A stretch of DNA of 64,000 bases from Mycolicibacterium sp. (GCF_017853185.1 NZ_JAFMJZ010000001.1:7868-71867), one strand, 5' to 3'; counted from the first letter of the stretch, positions 41,006-50,479 are shown. Numbers and translations: made by a program. The notes: a model not told the origin generated them from the sequence alone.

Positions 41006-42451
41006 CTACTGGTCGACGATGAGAACCGTCTCCAGCGACGGGTCGCTGCAGTAGGCGATGCGGCAGTACTCGCTGGCTGCACGGATCGCGGTCAGCGCTT
41101 CGTGCGTCACGCGTTCCCCCGGCGCCAGCAGCGGCACTCCGGGCGGGTACGGGCAGAACTGCTCGGCGCTCACCTCACCGATCGCGTCGGCCACCTTCAC
41201 CCGCCGGCGCCCGCGCAGGAACGCCTCGCGCGGGGTGAGCACCACGTCGGGTTCGACTCGCCACACCGACAGCGGTGACGACGGACGGCTCTGCCCGCGG
41301 TGCGCCTCGATCAGTCCGGCGAGCAGACCGGCGAACTCCACGATCCACTCCGGCTCGTCAGCCACCGTCAGAGTGAGCACCAGGGTGTCCCGGTCCGCCG
41401 ACTCCACACCGAGGCCGAGCCGCCAGAGTTCCTGACCGAGCGCGACCCCGTCCGCACCGGTGCCGGGAAGGATCAGCGTCAGCTTCGTCGGGTCAACCGG
41501 ACAGCCGGCGGTGGCGTCATCCAGAACGACGAGCCCACGGACCCGCGCCAGCCGACGCCGGGCATCGGCGACGGCTTCGATGATCAGCCCCAACCGTTGT
41601 GCGCCGTCGCGTTCCATGGCCGCCCGGCTGCCGTCGATGGTCGCCAGCAGCGTCCCCGACGGCGAGGTGGTGGTGGTCAGATCGACCCACCGGTCCAGGG
41701 TCGAGCGCGGAATCAGGTTCTCCCGCATGCTCACAACGGCGGTCTGCGAGTAGCCCAACAGGCTCTTGTGCACGCTCGTGACGGCGAAGTCGGCACCTTG
41801 GCGGATGGCGCCGCGGCCGGGCAGGAAGTCCAGATGCGCACCCCAGGCCTGGTCGATCATCAGCGGCACGCGCCGCCGCTGCGCGACGGCCGCCAGTGCG
41901 GTCACGTCCGACAACGTCCCGATGTAGGAGGGCGAGGTGGCGAAGAACGAGTTGACGGTTTCGGTCACCGACTCCAGACTCGATGCCGCCATTCCGATCG
42001 GCAGATGGAACTCCGGGTGCAGCCGCGGATAGATCCAGACCGGACGGGCGCCGATCAACACCAGGCCGGCCTGCGTGCTTCGGTGCGAGGTCCGGTCGAT
42101 CGCGATCGGCACGTCCTGATCGGCGATCGTTCCCAGGGCGGCGATATTGCCCTGGGTCGATCCGCCCACGAGGAACCGGCTGAAGTCGGCGCCGATCGCG
42201 CGGGCCCACAGCGCCTCGGCCTGATCGAGGTAGCCGTTGCTGTAGGCGTTGTCGTCGACGCCGCCCTGCAGCGGGATGTCGTCGCGCACCGTGTCGCCGA
42301 CCAGATCGTGAGCCCATCCGTCGGCGCCCTGCAGATACCGCATCTTGTGGCCGGGAATCTGCATCGGCCGGCGCCCGGCCTCGCGGGCCCGGCGCCACGC
42401 TTCGACCAACGGCGCGGACGCCGCGGACGACCGGTCGAAATCCCTTGTCAC
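41006..42451 (-). CDS. PLP-dependent Orn/Lys/Arg decarboxylase-family enzyme
   Basis: QIPGHK, STQGN and SVHKSL (PLP lysine) motifs. About 481 aa, like the Bacillus SpeA/YaaO type. Confidence 0.8.
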   Translation of the reverse strand: MTRDFDRSSAASAPLVEAWRRAREAGRRPMQIPGHKMRYLQGADGWAHDLVGDTVRDDIPLQGGVDDNAYSNGYLDQAEALWARAIGADFSRFLVGGSTQGNIAALGTIADQDVPIAIDRTSHRSTQAGLVLIGARPVWIYPRLHPEFHLPIGMAASSLESVTETVNSFFATSPSYIGTLSDVTALAAVAQRRRVPLMIDQAWGAHLDFLPGRGAIRQGADFAVTSVHKSLLGYSQTAVVSMRENLIPRSTLDRWVDLTTTTSPSGTLLATIDGSRAAMERDGAQRLGLIIEAVADARRRLARVRGLVVLDDATAGCPVDPTKLTLILPGTGADGVALGQELWRLGLGVESADRDTLVLTLTVADEPEWIVEFAGLLAGLIEAHRGQSRPSSPLSVWRVEPDVVLTPREAFLRGRRRVKVADAIGEVSAEQFCPYPPGVPLLAPGERVTHEALTAIRAASEYCRIAYCSDPSLETVLIVDQ

Positions 42452-42521
42452 GCGTGCTCCTGCAACTCCATCGGACCTTGGATTATGCCAAGCCGGTCAT
42501 CCGATCTGGCAGCATTACGGG

Positions 42522-42869
42522 ATGGAAGCGCCCACCGATCCGTTCGACCAGGCCATCGAGGCGGCGCTGGACTCGCTGCCCAGCGCGCTCCGTGACGCGA
42601 TCAGCAACGTCGAGATCGTTGTCGAGGACGAACCCCCCGACGGACAGTCGTTGCTCGGCTTCTACCGTGGCGTTCCACTGCCACAGCGGACCAGTGACTA
42701 CAGCGGGGTGCTTCCGGACAAGATCAGTATCTTCAGCGGACCCCTCACGCGGCGTTCCGCGGGCGACGCGAACCGTCTGTGCGACGAGATCAAGCATGTC
42801 GTTCTGCACGAGATCGCGCATCACTTCGGGATCAGCGACGAGCGACTGATCGAACTCGATCGCTACTGA
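42522..42869 (+). CDS. zinicin-like metallopeptidase family protein (DUF1025)
   Basis: HEIAHHFG zinc motif. About 115 aa. Internal ATG of ORF 42345..42869. Confidence 0.8.
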   Translation: MEAPTDPFDQAIEAALDSLPSALRDAISNVEIVVEDEPPDGQSLLGFYRGVPLPQRTSDYSGVLPDKISIFSGPLTRRSAGDANRLCDEIKHVVLHEIAHHFGISDERLIELDRY

Positions 42870-42873
42870 TCCC

Positions 42874-42951
42874 GCTGCCGTCGCCACCATGTCGGGATCG
42901 CCGACAAGTCGCGCCTGCGGCGCCGGAGCCATCGCGCTCAGCGTTGCGGCG
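42874..42951 (+). repeat. left copy of 78-nt imperfect direct repeat (decayed 5' end of serine hydrolase gene)
   Basis: By my hand alignment it matches 47939-48016 at 67 of 78 positions with no gaps. It includes ccgtcgccaccatgtcgggatcgc identically. Its ATG (42889) opens only 22 codons before a TGA. Confidence 0.85.
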
Positions 42952-42963
42952 GCCTGAGTGCCA

Positions 42964-43194
42964 TCAGTCGATGCAGTCCCGGACAGCCATCTCGTTGCTG
43001 CCCTGGCACACATCGAAGTGCGTCGGTTCGCCGATGTCGGCATCCGCCTCGACACCGATGAAGGTGCCGTTCTTCGATGCGGCGGCTGCGGCAACCCGCC
43101 GGCGGCCTGCGGTTGCGCTGCGCTCGGCGCCGGAGCCCCGGAAGGCGCGGGCGCTGCCGCGGCTACTTTTCTTCTCTGATTCTTCGGTTCTCAA
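42964..43194 (-). CDS. small basic protein with C-terminal Cys pair (hypothetical)
   Basis: The C-terminal half (NGTFIGVEADADIGEPTHFDVCQGSNEMAVRDCID) has GC3-rich codons. The start is uncertain: TTG 43194 is chosen because ATG 43275 would overlap the divergent gene. Confidence 0.3.
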   Translation of the reverse strand: MRTEESEKKSSRGSARAFRGSGAERSATAGRRRVAAAAASKNGTFIGVEADADIGEPTHFDVCQGSNEMAVRDCID

Positions 43195-43241
43195 GCGGCG
43201 AACGTGACGGTCAATGCCGACAGCGGCGATACGGTGACACC

Positions 43242-44411
43242 GTGACGACCCGGGTATGTCCGGCCTGCGGTTCAACCGTGCCGGCCGAGGTGTTCTGTGC
43301 CAGCTGCGGAGCCGAACTGGCTGCGCCGGTGAGCACGTGGAGCATTCTGCTGCGGCCCCGGGTGTTCGCGACCGCGCCCCGGGAGCCGATCTGGATACCG
43401 CGAATCAGTAGCTCCCTGTTCCCCCGCATCCCCTTCCAGACCCGAAAGCCCTTTCGGGTCGGGCTGATCCTGTGCCTTGTCGCCATCATCGTTCTGGCCT
43501 CGGCTGAGATGAACGGCCCACTGGGTGTCATCGCGGTGATCGGATGGCCACTGCTCTTCCTCATCTACGTCTGGCAGTCCGACGGGTTTCGCGACAAACC
43601 ACTTCGGATCCTGGCCGTCGCGATGGTGCTCGGCGTGGCACTCGGAATCGGGTGGTGGCTGTCGACCGGCAGCATCATCGCGGGTTCCTACGGCCTCTCG
43701 ACCGGTTCGAGCCTGCTGCTCGTCAACGAGGTGCTGAACGTGGGATTGCTGATCTCGCTGGGCGGCGGGGTACTGATGTTGATTCCCGCCCTGGTGTGCA
43801 GGCTTTTTCCGATGCCGGTACGGGAGTCGCTCGACGGATTCGTCATCGGCGCCTTCGGCGCGCTGTGGTACTCGACAGCGTCGGCGGCGACCATCCTGGC
43901 GCCCCAATTCGCCGAAGGTCTCATCGAACAGCAGGGTGCGGGACGCATGTTCGAGGACGCGGTCACCTATGGGATCGTCGATCCGATCGTCACGACAGCG
44001 GCCGGTGGTCTGGTCGGACTGAGCCTGTGGTTTCGGCCGAATCGGCGCGCGGGCAGGGATCCCCGACGCGCCCGCACGGCGTTGACGATATGCACGCTCC
44101 TGGCGCTCGGTTTGTACGCCGCGGTATGGGTGGCCGACGCAGTCAGCGTGCAACGGACGATCGATCTCGCGGCGAAGATCACCTTGGCGGTGCTGGCGCT
44201 CCTCACGGTCCGGTGCGCGGTTCAGATCGCGTTGCTGCAGGAGGAACCCGATCCGGCCGGCGGTGAATCGGTGTTGTGCGTGCACTGCCTGAAGGTGGTG
44301 CCGGATGAGCCGTTCTGCGTTGCCTGCGGGGCGGCCGCGAGGGCGTCTTCGCGGTCCTCGCGACGGCTCCGCCGCGAATCACCACCCGTGCTTGACGAAT
44401 CCTTCGGCTAG
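43242..44411 (+). CDS. polytopic membrane protein with N- and C-terminal zinc-ribbon motifs
   Basis: CPACG...CASCG at the N-terminus, CVHC...CVACG at the C-terminus, and about 7 hydrophobic segments between them. GTG start. Confidence 0.7.
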   Translation: MTTRVCPACGSTVPAEVFCASCGAELAAPVSTWSILLRPRVFATAPREPIWIPRISSSLFPRIPFQTRKPFRVGLILCLVAIIVLASAEMNGPLGVIAVIGWPLLFLIYVWQSDGFRDKPLRILAVAMVLGVALGIGWWLSTGSIIAGSYGLSTGSSLLLVNEVLNVGLLISLGGGVLMLIPALVCRLFPMPVRESLDGFVIGAFGALWYSTASAATILAPQFAEGLIEQQGAGRMFEDAVTYGIVDPIVTTAAGGLVGLSLWFRPNRRAGRDPRRARTALTICTLLALGLYAAVWVADAVSVQRTIDLAAKITLAVLALLTVRCAVQIALLQEEPDPAGGESVLCVHCLKVVPDEPFCVACGAAARASSRSSRRLRRESPPVLDESFG

Positions 44412-45478
44412 CCAACAGCTTTCTGATACGCGGCGATGTCGCCTTCGAGTTCGACCAGCACCGCATTCCAGTCCGGAACCCACAGCGTCACTCCCGCGAG
44501 AACACCGGTCGGCGTTGTCTTATCAGTCGTGTCGCTCATCTGACGGACCACGGACTCACGGACCGGGATTCCGAACGCATCGGAGAAAACCGCCCGCTGC
44601 GCCTCGTCAGAAAGAAGGAACGTCAGCAGTTGCTTCGCCTCTTCCGGTTGCTTCGAGGTGGCCGTGACACCTGCGACATACGGCAGTGAGACGGTGGTTC
44701 GACGTCCGTCCGGCATTGCCGGGAAGAAGATGTCGAACTTCGACCCGTCCTTGATGGCGGCCAGGTTCATCTGGACGTCGCCGTTGGCGACCAGGAGTTC
44801 ACCGCTGCTGACTTTCGGCTGCAGACTTGCCGTCGATGCCGCCGGACCCACGTTGTTGCGGTTCAGCTTGGCGAGGTAGTCCAGGGCGCCCTGCTCACCC
44901 ATCAGGTGCTTCAACAGGATCAACACCGCTGTGCCATCACCGGCTTCACCCGGCGTCGAGTATTGCAGCCTTCCTTTGAACCGGGGGCTGAGCAGATCCT
45001 CCCAACTCGCGGGCGCCGGGTCGGCCGCCGGACCGGCGATGAAGCTCAGCGCGGTCTTGACGATCGGGACATAGATACCTCCGGGGCCCATCAGTTCCGA
45101 CGAGATGCCGGTGGTGTCGACTCCGGTTTCCTGCAGCAGCCCCGCCCGCTCCGCCTTCTGAATGAACGGCGGAAGGGTGACCAGCAGGTCTGCCGGCGCG
45201 AGCGGCTGGCCGTCGTCCAAGCGCTCCCACACCGCGCCGGAGTTCACCCGGGAAACCACCTGACCGGATCCACCCTCGAACAGGGTGACGTCGATCCCGG
45301 TCTGCTGCGTGAATCTCTCGAACTGACCCTTGTACCAGTTCGCCAGACCGGTGGCGCTGTACACCGTCAGCGACGGCCGGTCACCCGACTTCGTCGAACC
45401 ACCGCAGCCGGCGCCGAGCATCGAAACAACAAGCCCGACAATAAGAATCAACGCGCTGCGGGAATTGCGGAAAGTCAT
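44408..45478 (-). CDS. ABC-type solute-binding lipoprotein (family 1, iron/phosphonate/polyamine-like), orphan
   Basis: Lipobox MLGAGCGG. LTVYSATG...FEGGSGQV is typical of an SBP N-lobe. No permease or ATPase gene nearby. Confidence 0.75.
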   Translation of the reverse strand: MTFRNSRSALILIVGLVVSMLGAGCGGSTKSGDRPSLTVYSATGLANWYKGQFERFTQQTGIDVTLFEGGSGQVVSRVNSGAVWERLDDGQPLAPADLLVTLPPFIQKAERAGLLQETGVDTTGISSELMGPGGIYVPIVKTALSFIAGPAADPAPASWEDLLSPRFKGRLQYSTPGEAGDGTAVLILLKHLMGEQGALDYLAKLNRNNVGPAASTASLQPKVSSGELLVANGDVQMNLAAIKDGSKFDIFFPAMPDGRRTTVSLPYVAGVTATSKQPEEAKQLLTFLLSDEAQRAVFSDAFGIPVRESVVRQMSDTTDKTTPTGVLAGVTLWVPDWNAVLVELEGDIAAYQKAVG

Positions 45479-45514
45479 CGTTGGTCCGTCCTGGAGTCGG
45501 AGTTGCCGGATGTG

Positions 45515-46234
45515 TCAGCGTGGTGGATCGCCCTTCCAACTGAAGCTCTCGACGTACTTCCCCATGTCGATGGCGAGTTCCACGTTCGCCGAAGACGGCG
45601 GACCGGGGCCGAAGTCCCGCGAGAACCGTCGGAACGGTCCTTCGGCGACAGCGACCAGCGCGAGGTCGTTCTTGACGGCTGCGATTATGACGACCCGCAT
45701 GTCGAATCGATTCGCCAGACCGGGTCGCTGGAAGTTGGCGACCACCCCGTAGCCGAGTTGGTAGCCGACCATGGCGTTGGGCAGTTCGTAGTCGACCACC
45801 GCCTTGGGGAACTGCTTGGCGAGGAGGTCGGTGACGACCCTGCGGGCGACGCGGCCTTGCGCCGGCTCGCCGAACAACTGCAACACGCCCCTGTCGCCGG
45901 CGGTGTATCTGGCGGTGATGCCCTGCGACCCGGTGGTGACTTCGTAAGGCGAACCGGGCCCGGGATAGGAAACCGAGAACTGTTCTCCGGGTGCCGTATA
46001 CCGCGGGAGGGCCGCGACCGGAACGGAGTTCGGCGGCCGTCCGCAATCCGGTGGACAGTTATAGACCGCTGCATCCTCCACGAGTTTGTCCCAGACCCCG
46101 AGGACGACCATCGCGACGCTCAAGCCCAATGCCAGCAATCCGAGCGTCGCACGGTAGCGGGCACGCGGTGCTCCATCGGCACGGTAGCGACCGGGAGCGA
46201 CTCCCACGCCGTCATACATCGTCGCTGACGTCAT
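45515..46234 (-). CDS. single-pass membrane-anchored protein, unknown function
   Basis: TM segment ATLGLLALGLSVAMVVLGVW. ATGA overlap with the upstream peptidase gene. Confidence 0.6.
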   Translation of the reverse strand: MTSATMYDGVGVAPGRYRADGAPRARYRATLGLLALGLSVAMVVLGVWDKLVEDAAVYNCPPDCGRPPNSVPVAALPRYTAPGEQFSVSYPGPGSPYEVTTGSQGITARYTAGDRGVLQLFGEPAQGRVARRVVTDLLAKQFPKAVVDYELPNAMVGYQLGYGVVANFQRPGLANRFDMRVVIIAAVKNDLALVAVAEGPFRRFSRDFGPGPPSSANVELAIDMGKYVESFSWKGDPPR

Positions 46235-47877
46235 GAGTTGGCCCGGGACAGGAGAATGTTCTTGATCAGAGCATCGACATTCGGCGTGCCCAAGCCAGTC
46301 ACCATGTCGTAGCCCACGGTGCCGGAAATGCTGATTGCGTTGCCGCCCAGGTTGATGTCCCGTAACCCGGTCGACACCGCGGTGGATCTGGCCATTCGAT
46401 AGAGCAACGGATTCAGATCGCCCAGTGGCAGGGCGCCGCGATCCCGAAGCCTCTCATTCATCAGTGCCGACAGGGCCGCCCAGATCGGCGCGGCCTGGGA
46501 AGTGCCACCGCCGACCATGACCTGTCCGTTGAACACGATCTTCACCCCGGTGAAAGGGTCGGCGACCGCAGAGATGTCCGGAACCAGTCTGCGGTCCGGG
46601 AGTTCGGTTCCTATCCCGACCGTCTGCCACTCCGGGCGACCGAACAGTGTCGACGCCCCACCGGCCGTGCCGAGGATGAGCGGCACGTTGTACCAGGACT
46701 GTTCCGAAAGCCACCGTCCGCTGTCGTCAGTCGACAGCTTTGTTCCACCGACTGCGGTCATCTCCGGGAGGGATGCCACCGCGTCCACACCGACATCGTC
46801 CGGTGTGGGCCGCGACGACCAGTTCTCGCCGCGCTTACATTCCAGGCCCGCGAGATCTCCGGAGGCGTTGAACGCCGTTGTCCCATGCGCCAGGGCGTCG
46901 GCCATCGCATCGCGAACCGGTGCGAAATCCGCTGCGGTGAAGAGCCTGTCGCAGCCCCACCCGATCGAAAAGCTCCAGATCGCCCCCGGGAACTGCCGGT
47001 CAACCGACTCCATGAGCCGGCTGAGTTTCACGAATACACCGTCGCCCTGGTCGGAGATGGTGTCCCGCGCGTTGACCAGAACCAGCTTCGCGTCCTGAGC
47101 GATGGCGTGAATCACCTGCAGATCCATATTGGCTTCGCCCCCACGCCGTTCCGGCATACCGCCTACCACCTCGGGGGTGAAACGCGAGAGGCCGAACGAA
47201 TCGGCGTAGAGGTCCATATCCTGCTGCTGGAATCCGTCGAAGGCGAACACCACCACCGTCTCGCCCTTACCGGTGTCGCCCGCCTCCACCAGAGGGGTGG
47301 CGTTGTAAGCGTTGAGAAGCTGGGAGGGGAGCAGTCCGCCATCGGGGACATCGCGCGGCAGGACAGGGAATGCCTCGCGAGCGGGTACGTAGCTGAGGAT
47401 GCGACCGAGCCCGGCGACCTCGGACGCAGCAGCGGGCGGGATATCCGGCTGTTGTGCAGACGCGTAGAAGATGCGGCCGTCGTCGGCCCCGTCCCGGACC
47501 CGGTAGTCCCGCACCGAGACGCCGAACGCGGTCGAGACGTCGGCCGGGACACCTTCGACGACCGCCCAGCTGTCCCCGTACCGCCATCGAACCGCCAGAC
47601 CATGGTCCCGCGCCCAGGCGGTGAGGCCAACTGGTTCTGTCCGACTTCGCAGCTCGGCGGTCAACTGAACGCGCTCGGCACGGGCCGGTCCAAGATCGGT
47701 CGATTGGGTCAGCAGCCGGGCAAGAGGACCGCTGATGGCGTTGCCACGCAGTCCATTCAGGGGGACGTCGGCACAGCGCAGTCCTACGACAGCGACGGCG
47801 ATGACCGCACAGACGGACGCGAAGCGGCGTATTCCGACGCTGATCATCACGTCACCGGCTTTCCGCGGATCGCTCAC
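46231..47877 (-). CDS. S53 (sedolisin/kumamolisin-like) serine peptidase with pro-domain
   Basis: GGTSQAAPIWAAL serine motif. The N-terminal ~170 aa are pro-kumamolisin-like. Signal MISVGIRRFASVCAVIAVAVVG (alternative start 47847). Confidence 0.7.
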   Translation of the reverse strand: MSDPRKAGDVMISVGIRRFASVCAVIAVAVVGLRCADVPLNGLRGNAISGPLARLLTQSTDLGPARAERVQLTAELRSRTEPVGLTAWARDHGLAVRWRYGDSWAVVEGVPADVSTAFGVSVRDYRVRDGADDGRIFYASAQQPDIPPAAASEVAGLGRILSYVPAREAFPVLPRDVPDGGLLPSQLLNAYNATPLVEAGDTGKGETVVVFAFDGFQQQDMDLYADSFGLSRFTPEVVGGMPERRGGEANMDLQVIHAIAQDAKLVLVNARDTISDQGDGVFVKLSRLMESVDRQFPGAIWSFSIGWGCDRLFTAADFAPVRDAMADALAHGTTAFNASGDLAGLECKRGENWSSRPTPDDVGVDAVASLPEMTAVGGTKLSTDDSGRWLSEQSWYNVPLILGTAGGASTLFGRPEWQTVGIGTELPDRRLVPDISAVADPFTGVKIVFNGQVMVGGGTSQAAPIWAALSALMNERLRDRGALPLGDLNPLLYRMARSTAVSTGLRDINLGGNAISISGTVGYDMVTGLGTPNVDALIKNILLSRANS

Positions 47878-47938
47878 ATCCGTCGGGTCCTATCTGGCCC
47901 AGCGGTCAGGCTACCGCGTGAAACCCACGCCGGGGCCA

Positions 47939-48016
47939 GCTACCGTCGCCACCATGTCGGGATCGCGGATCGGTCGCGCCCGTGCCGCCGCAGCCATCGC
48001 GCTCGGCGTCGCGGCG
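47939..48016 (+). repeat. right copy of 78-nt direct repeat (functional 5' end of serine hydrolase gene)
   Basis: See 42874-42951. Confidence 0.85.
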
Positions 48017-49366
48017 CTGGTTTCCTGCAGTCGTCCGCCCCACCCGGCACCGACGATCACAACCCCGGCCACCACGGTGACAAGGCCGCCGACGCCGACC
48101 ACCACGGTGCCCGCGATCCCCAACGCCGCGTTCGCACCCGTTGGTGATCTCGTCGACGCCGACATCGCCGAACACCGGTTGCCCGGCGCGGTGGTTCAGA
48201 TCGGCCACGGCGGTGAGGTCGTCTACCGCCAGGCGTTCGGCGATCGCAAGCTCGACGGCGAACCGGGGCTGGACGGCACGCCCGCGGCCGCCGAACCGAT
48301 GACGGCCGACACCATCTTCGATCTGGCGTCACTGTCGAAACCGATCGCCACCACACCTGCCGTTCTACAGCTTTACGAGCAGGGCAGGATCGGCCTCGAC
48401 GACCCGGTGCAGAAGTACTTCCCCGAGTTCAATCCGGCGAACGATCCGCGCAGGGCACAGGTGAGCGTGCGCATGCTGCTCACCCACACCTCGGGGATCG
48501 GCGGTGACCTGAGCCGCGAAGGGCCATGGGGCCTCCCCGACGCCGACAAGGCGGACGGCCTTCGCCGCGCGTTCGCCGCGGGTCTGGAGTTCGATCCGGG
48601 CGCAGGCTTCCACTACTCCGACACCGGTTTCATCATCCTCGGCGCGCTGGTGGAGAAGATCTCCGGTGAACCGCTGGACGTCTACGTGCAGGATCACGTG
48701 TTCACACCCCTCGGGATGACCGACACCCGCTACCTTCCGGCGGCCAAGGCGTGCGGTCCGCACCAGATCATCGGTGATGCAACGGTTTACAGCACCGACG
48801 GCCGCTCCTCCACCCCGTGCACGGACGGCACCTGGAACGTCGCCCTGTTGTCCCGAATCGCGCCGACGGCGCACGACGAGGACACCCCCGGCGTCAACCC
48901 GGACTTCGACCGTCTGATTCGGGGCACCGTGCACGACCCAACGGCACGGCGGATGGGCGGCGCAGTCGGCAGCGCCGGGGTGTTCTCGACGGCGCCGGAT
49001 CTGGGCAAGTACGCCCAAGCACTCCTCGATCGTCTGGCCGGACGCCCGAGCACCTTCCCGCTCAAACAGTCGACCGCGGAACTGATGACCACACCGCAGC
49101 AACCCGCTTCAGCCGGGACGGAACTGCGCGGCTTCGGCTGGGACATCGACACCTCGCACTCCAGGCCCCGCGGGTCGATCTTCCCGGTCGGCAGCTTCGG
49201 CCACGTCGGCTTCACCGGGGTGTCGCTGTGGATCGACCCGGGATCGGACACCTACGTGATCGTGCTGGGGAACGTGATCCACCAGCGCGGCGGACCGCCC
49301 ATCGTGACGCTCAGCGGTGCGGTGGCCACCGTCGCGGCGCGGGCACTGCATCTCTACGGCAGTTGA
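47954..49366 (+). CDS. lipoprotein serine hydrolase (beta-lactamase/PBP4*-like, class C fold)
   Basis: Lipobox ALVSC, Pro/Thr linker, SLSK (SxxK) motif and YSDTG. Confidence 0.85.
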   Translation: MSGSRIGRARAAAAIALGVAALVSCSRPPHPAPTITTPATTVTRPPTPTTTVPAIPNAAFAPVGDLVDADIAEHRLPGAVVQIGHGGEVVYRQAFGDRKLDGEPGLDGTPAAAEPMTADTIFDLASLSKPIATTPAVLQLYEQGRIGLDDPVQKYFPEFNPANDPRRAQVSVRMLLTHTSGIGGDLSREGPWGLPDADKADGLRRAFAAGLEFDPGAGFHYSDTGFIILGALVEKISGEPLDVYVQDHVFTPLGMTDTRYLPAAKACGPHQIIGDATVYSTDGRSSTPCTDGTWNVALLSRIAPTAHDEDTPGVNPDFDRLIRGTVHDPTARRMGGAVGSAGVFSTAPDLGKYAQALLDRLAGRPSTFPLKQSTAELMTTPQQPASAGTELRGFGWDIDTSHSRPRGSIFPVGSFGHVGFTGVSLWIDPGSDTYVIVLGNVIHQRGGPPIVTLSGAVATVAARALHLYGS

Positions 49367-49372
49367 CGGCGC

Positions 49373-49729
49373 CTACGGGCACCGCGTCATGATCGCCTTG
49401 TCGCCGTCGGCATTGGTGGAATCCATTGACTCGTCGTCGATCACCGTGACGGTCACCCTGAGTTCCGGGACGTCCGTGAAGCCGATCACGCCATCGCTGT
49501 AAGTCCAGTCACCCACCGGGCCGTCAGTGGTGCCATCCGCCCTGAGATCGAGTGAGCTCTCGCAGTTGCCGTTCGTTCCCCATTTCCCGATCACGAAGTC
49601 CCGGGTCGGCGTGTCACCCTTGGACGGCCCGGGTGCGGGAACGGCGGTGCCGGCGGCAGGTCTGCCCTGGACGCCGCAGGCGGCGAGCGCTGACGCGACG
49701 GCGATGACGCCGGCGAATCGGATCAGCAT
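49373..49729 (-). CDS. small lipoprotein
   Basis: ATG 49729. MLIRFAGVIAVASALAACG lipobox. Confidence 0.6.
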   Translation of the reverse strand: MLIRFAGVIAVASALAACGVQGRPAAGTAVPAPGPSKGDTPTRDFVIGKWGTNGNCESSLDLRADGTTDGPVGDWTYSDGVIGFTDVPELRVTVTVIDDESMDSTNADGDKAIMTRCP

Positions 49730-49730
49730 G

Positions 49731-50465
49731 TCAGTCGTCCTTCCGGCGGAGCCCATCGAGGATGCTTCTCAACTTCAGCACTTCGGCGGCGTCGATGCTG
49801 ACGGAATCGAGATTCTCAGCCATGTCGGGATTGATGAAGCCCATCCCCGAGGGATAGGTCTTGCGGGCGGAGGCGTGAAATGCCTTGGCGCCGGTGAACT
49901 TCGCCAACTCGAGAATGTTGGAAGACCGCACCCCGGAGCCGGGCATGATCGTGATGCGATCCCCCGCGGCGGCGACCAGTGTCCGCAGGTTCTCCTGGCC
50001 GAGTTCGACGTTCGGATGCTGCCCGCTGGTCAGGATTCGTGCGCAGCCGAGGTCGATGATCTCCTCCAGCGCTGCGAGCGGATCACTCACCCGGTCGAAG
50101 GCCCGATGGAAGGTCACCTGCATCGAGCCGGCGTGCCGCACCAACTCGGCGCAGCGCTGCACATCGACGCTGCCGTCGGTGCGGAGCAGGCCGATGACGA
50201 CGCCGTCGCAGCCCAACCGCTTGCACTGCTCGATGTCGGCGACCATCGCCTGGAATTCGGCGTCCGAATAGAGGAAGTCCCCTCCCCGGGGACGGATGAT
50301 CGGGAATAGCTGAATGGAGGTGTTCGCCCGGGCCACCTCGATCACCCCATAGGAAGGGGTGGTTCCGCCCTCATGGGGGTTGGCGCACAACTCAATTCGA
50401 TCGGCGCCGTTCGCCTCCGCGATCACACACGAGGCCAGGTCGAATCCGATGACTTCAAGTTCCAT
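49731..50465 (-). CDS. cutC: copper homeostasis protein CutC
   Basis: GADRIELC...GGTTPS...IRPRGGDF...TFHRAFD...ILTSG are CutC family motifs. Confidence 0.9.
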   Translation of the reverse strand: MELEVIGFDLASCVIAEANGADRIELCANPHEGGTTPSYGVIEVARANTSIQLFPIIRPRGGDFLYSDAEFQAMVADIEQCKRLGCDGVVIGLLRTDGSVDVQRCAELVRHAGSMQVTFHRAFDRVSDPLAALEEIIDLGCARILTSGQHPNVELGQENLRTLVAAAGDRITIMPGSGVRSSNILELAKFTGAKAFHASARKTYPSGMGFINPDMAENLDSVSIDAAEVLKLRSILDGLRRKDD

Positions 50466-50479
50466 TCAGCACCCGGCTT

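Noticed and set aside
42889-42957. Treating the 22-codon ORF in the left repeat copy as a real leader peptide gene.
   Set aside because: It is best explained as the decayed duplicate of the hydrolase signal peptide. It has no SD of its own beyond what was copied, and a premature stop.
43242-44411. Assigning the double zinc-ribbon membrane protein to the PrsW intramembrane protease family.
   Set aside because: I could not find the paired-Glu (EExxK) and HxxxN/D motifs I associate with PrsW; only a single NEVLN is present. It is left as an uncharacterised zinc-ribbon membrane protein.
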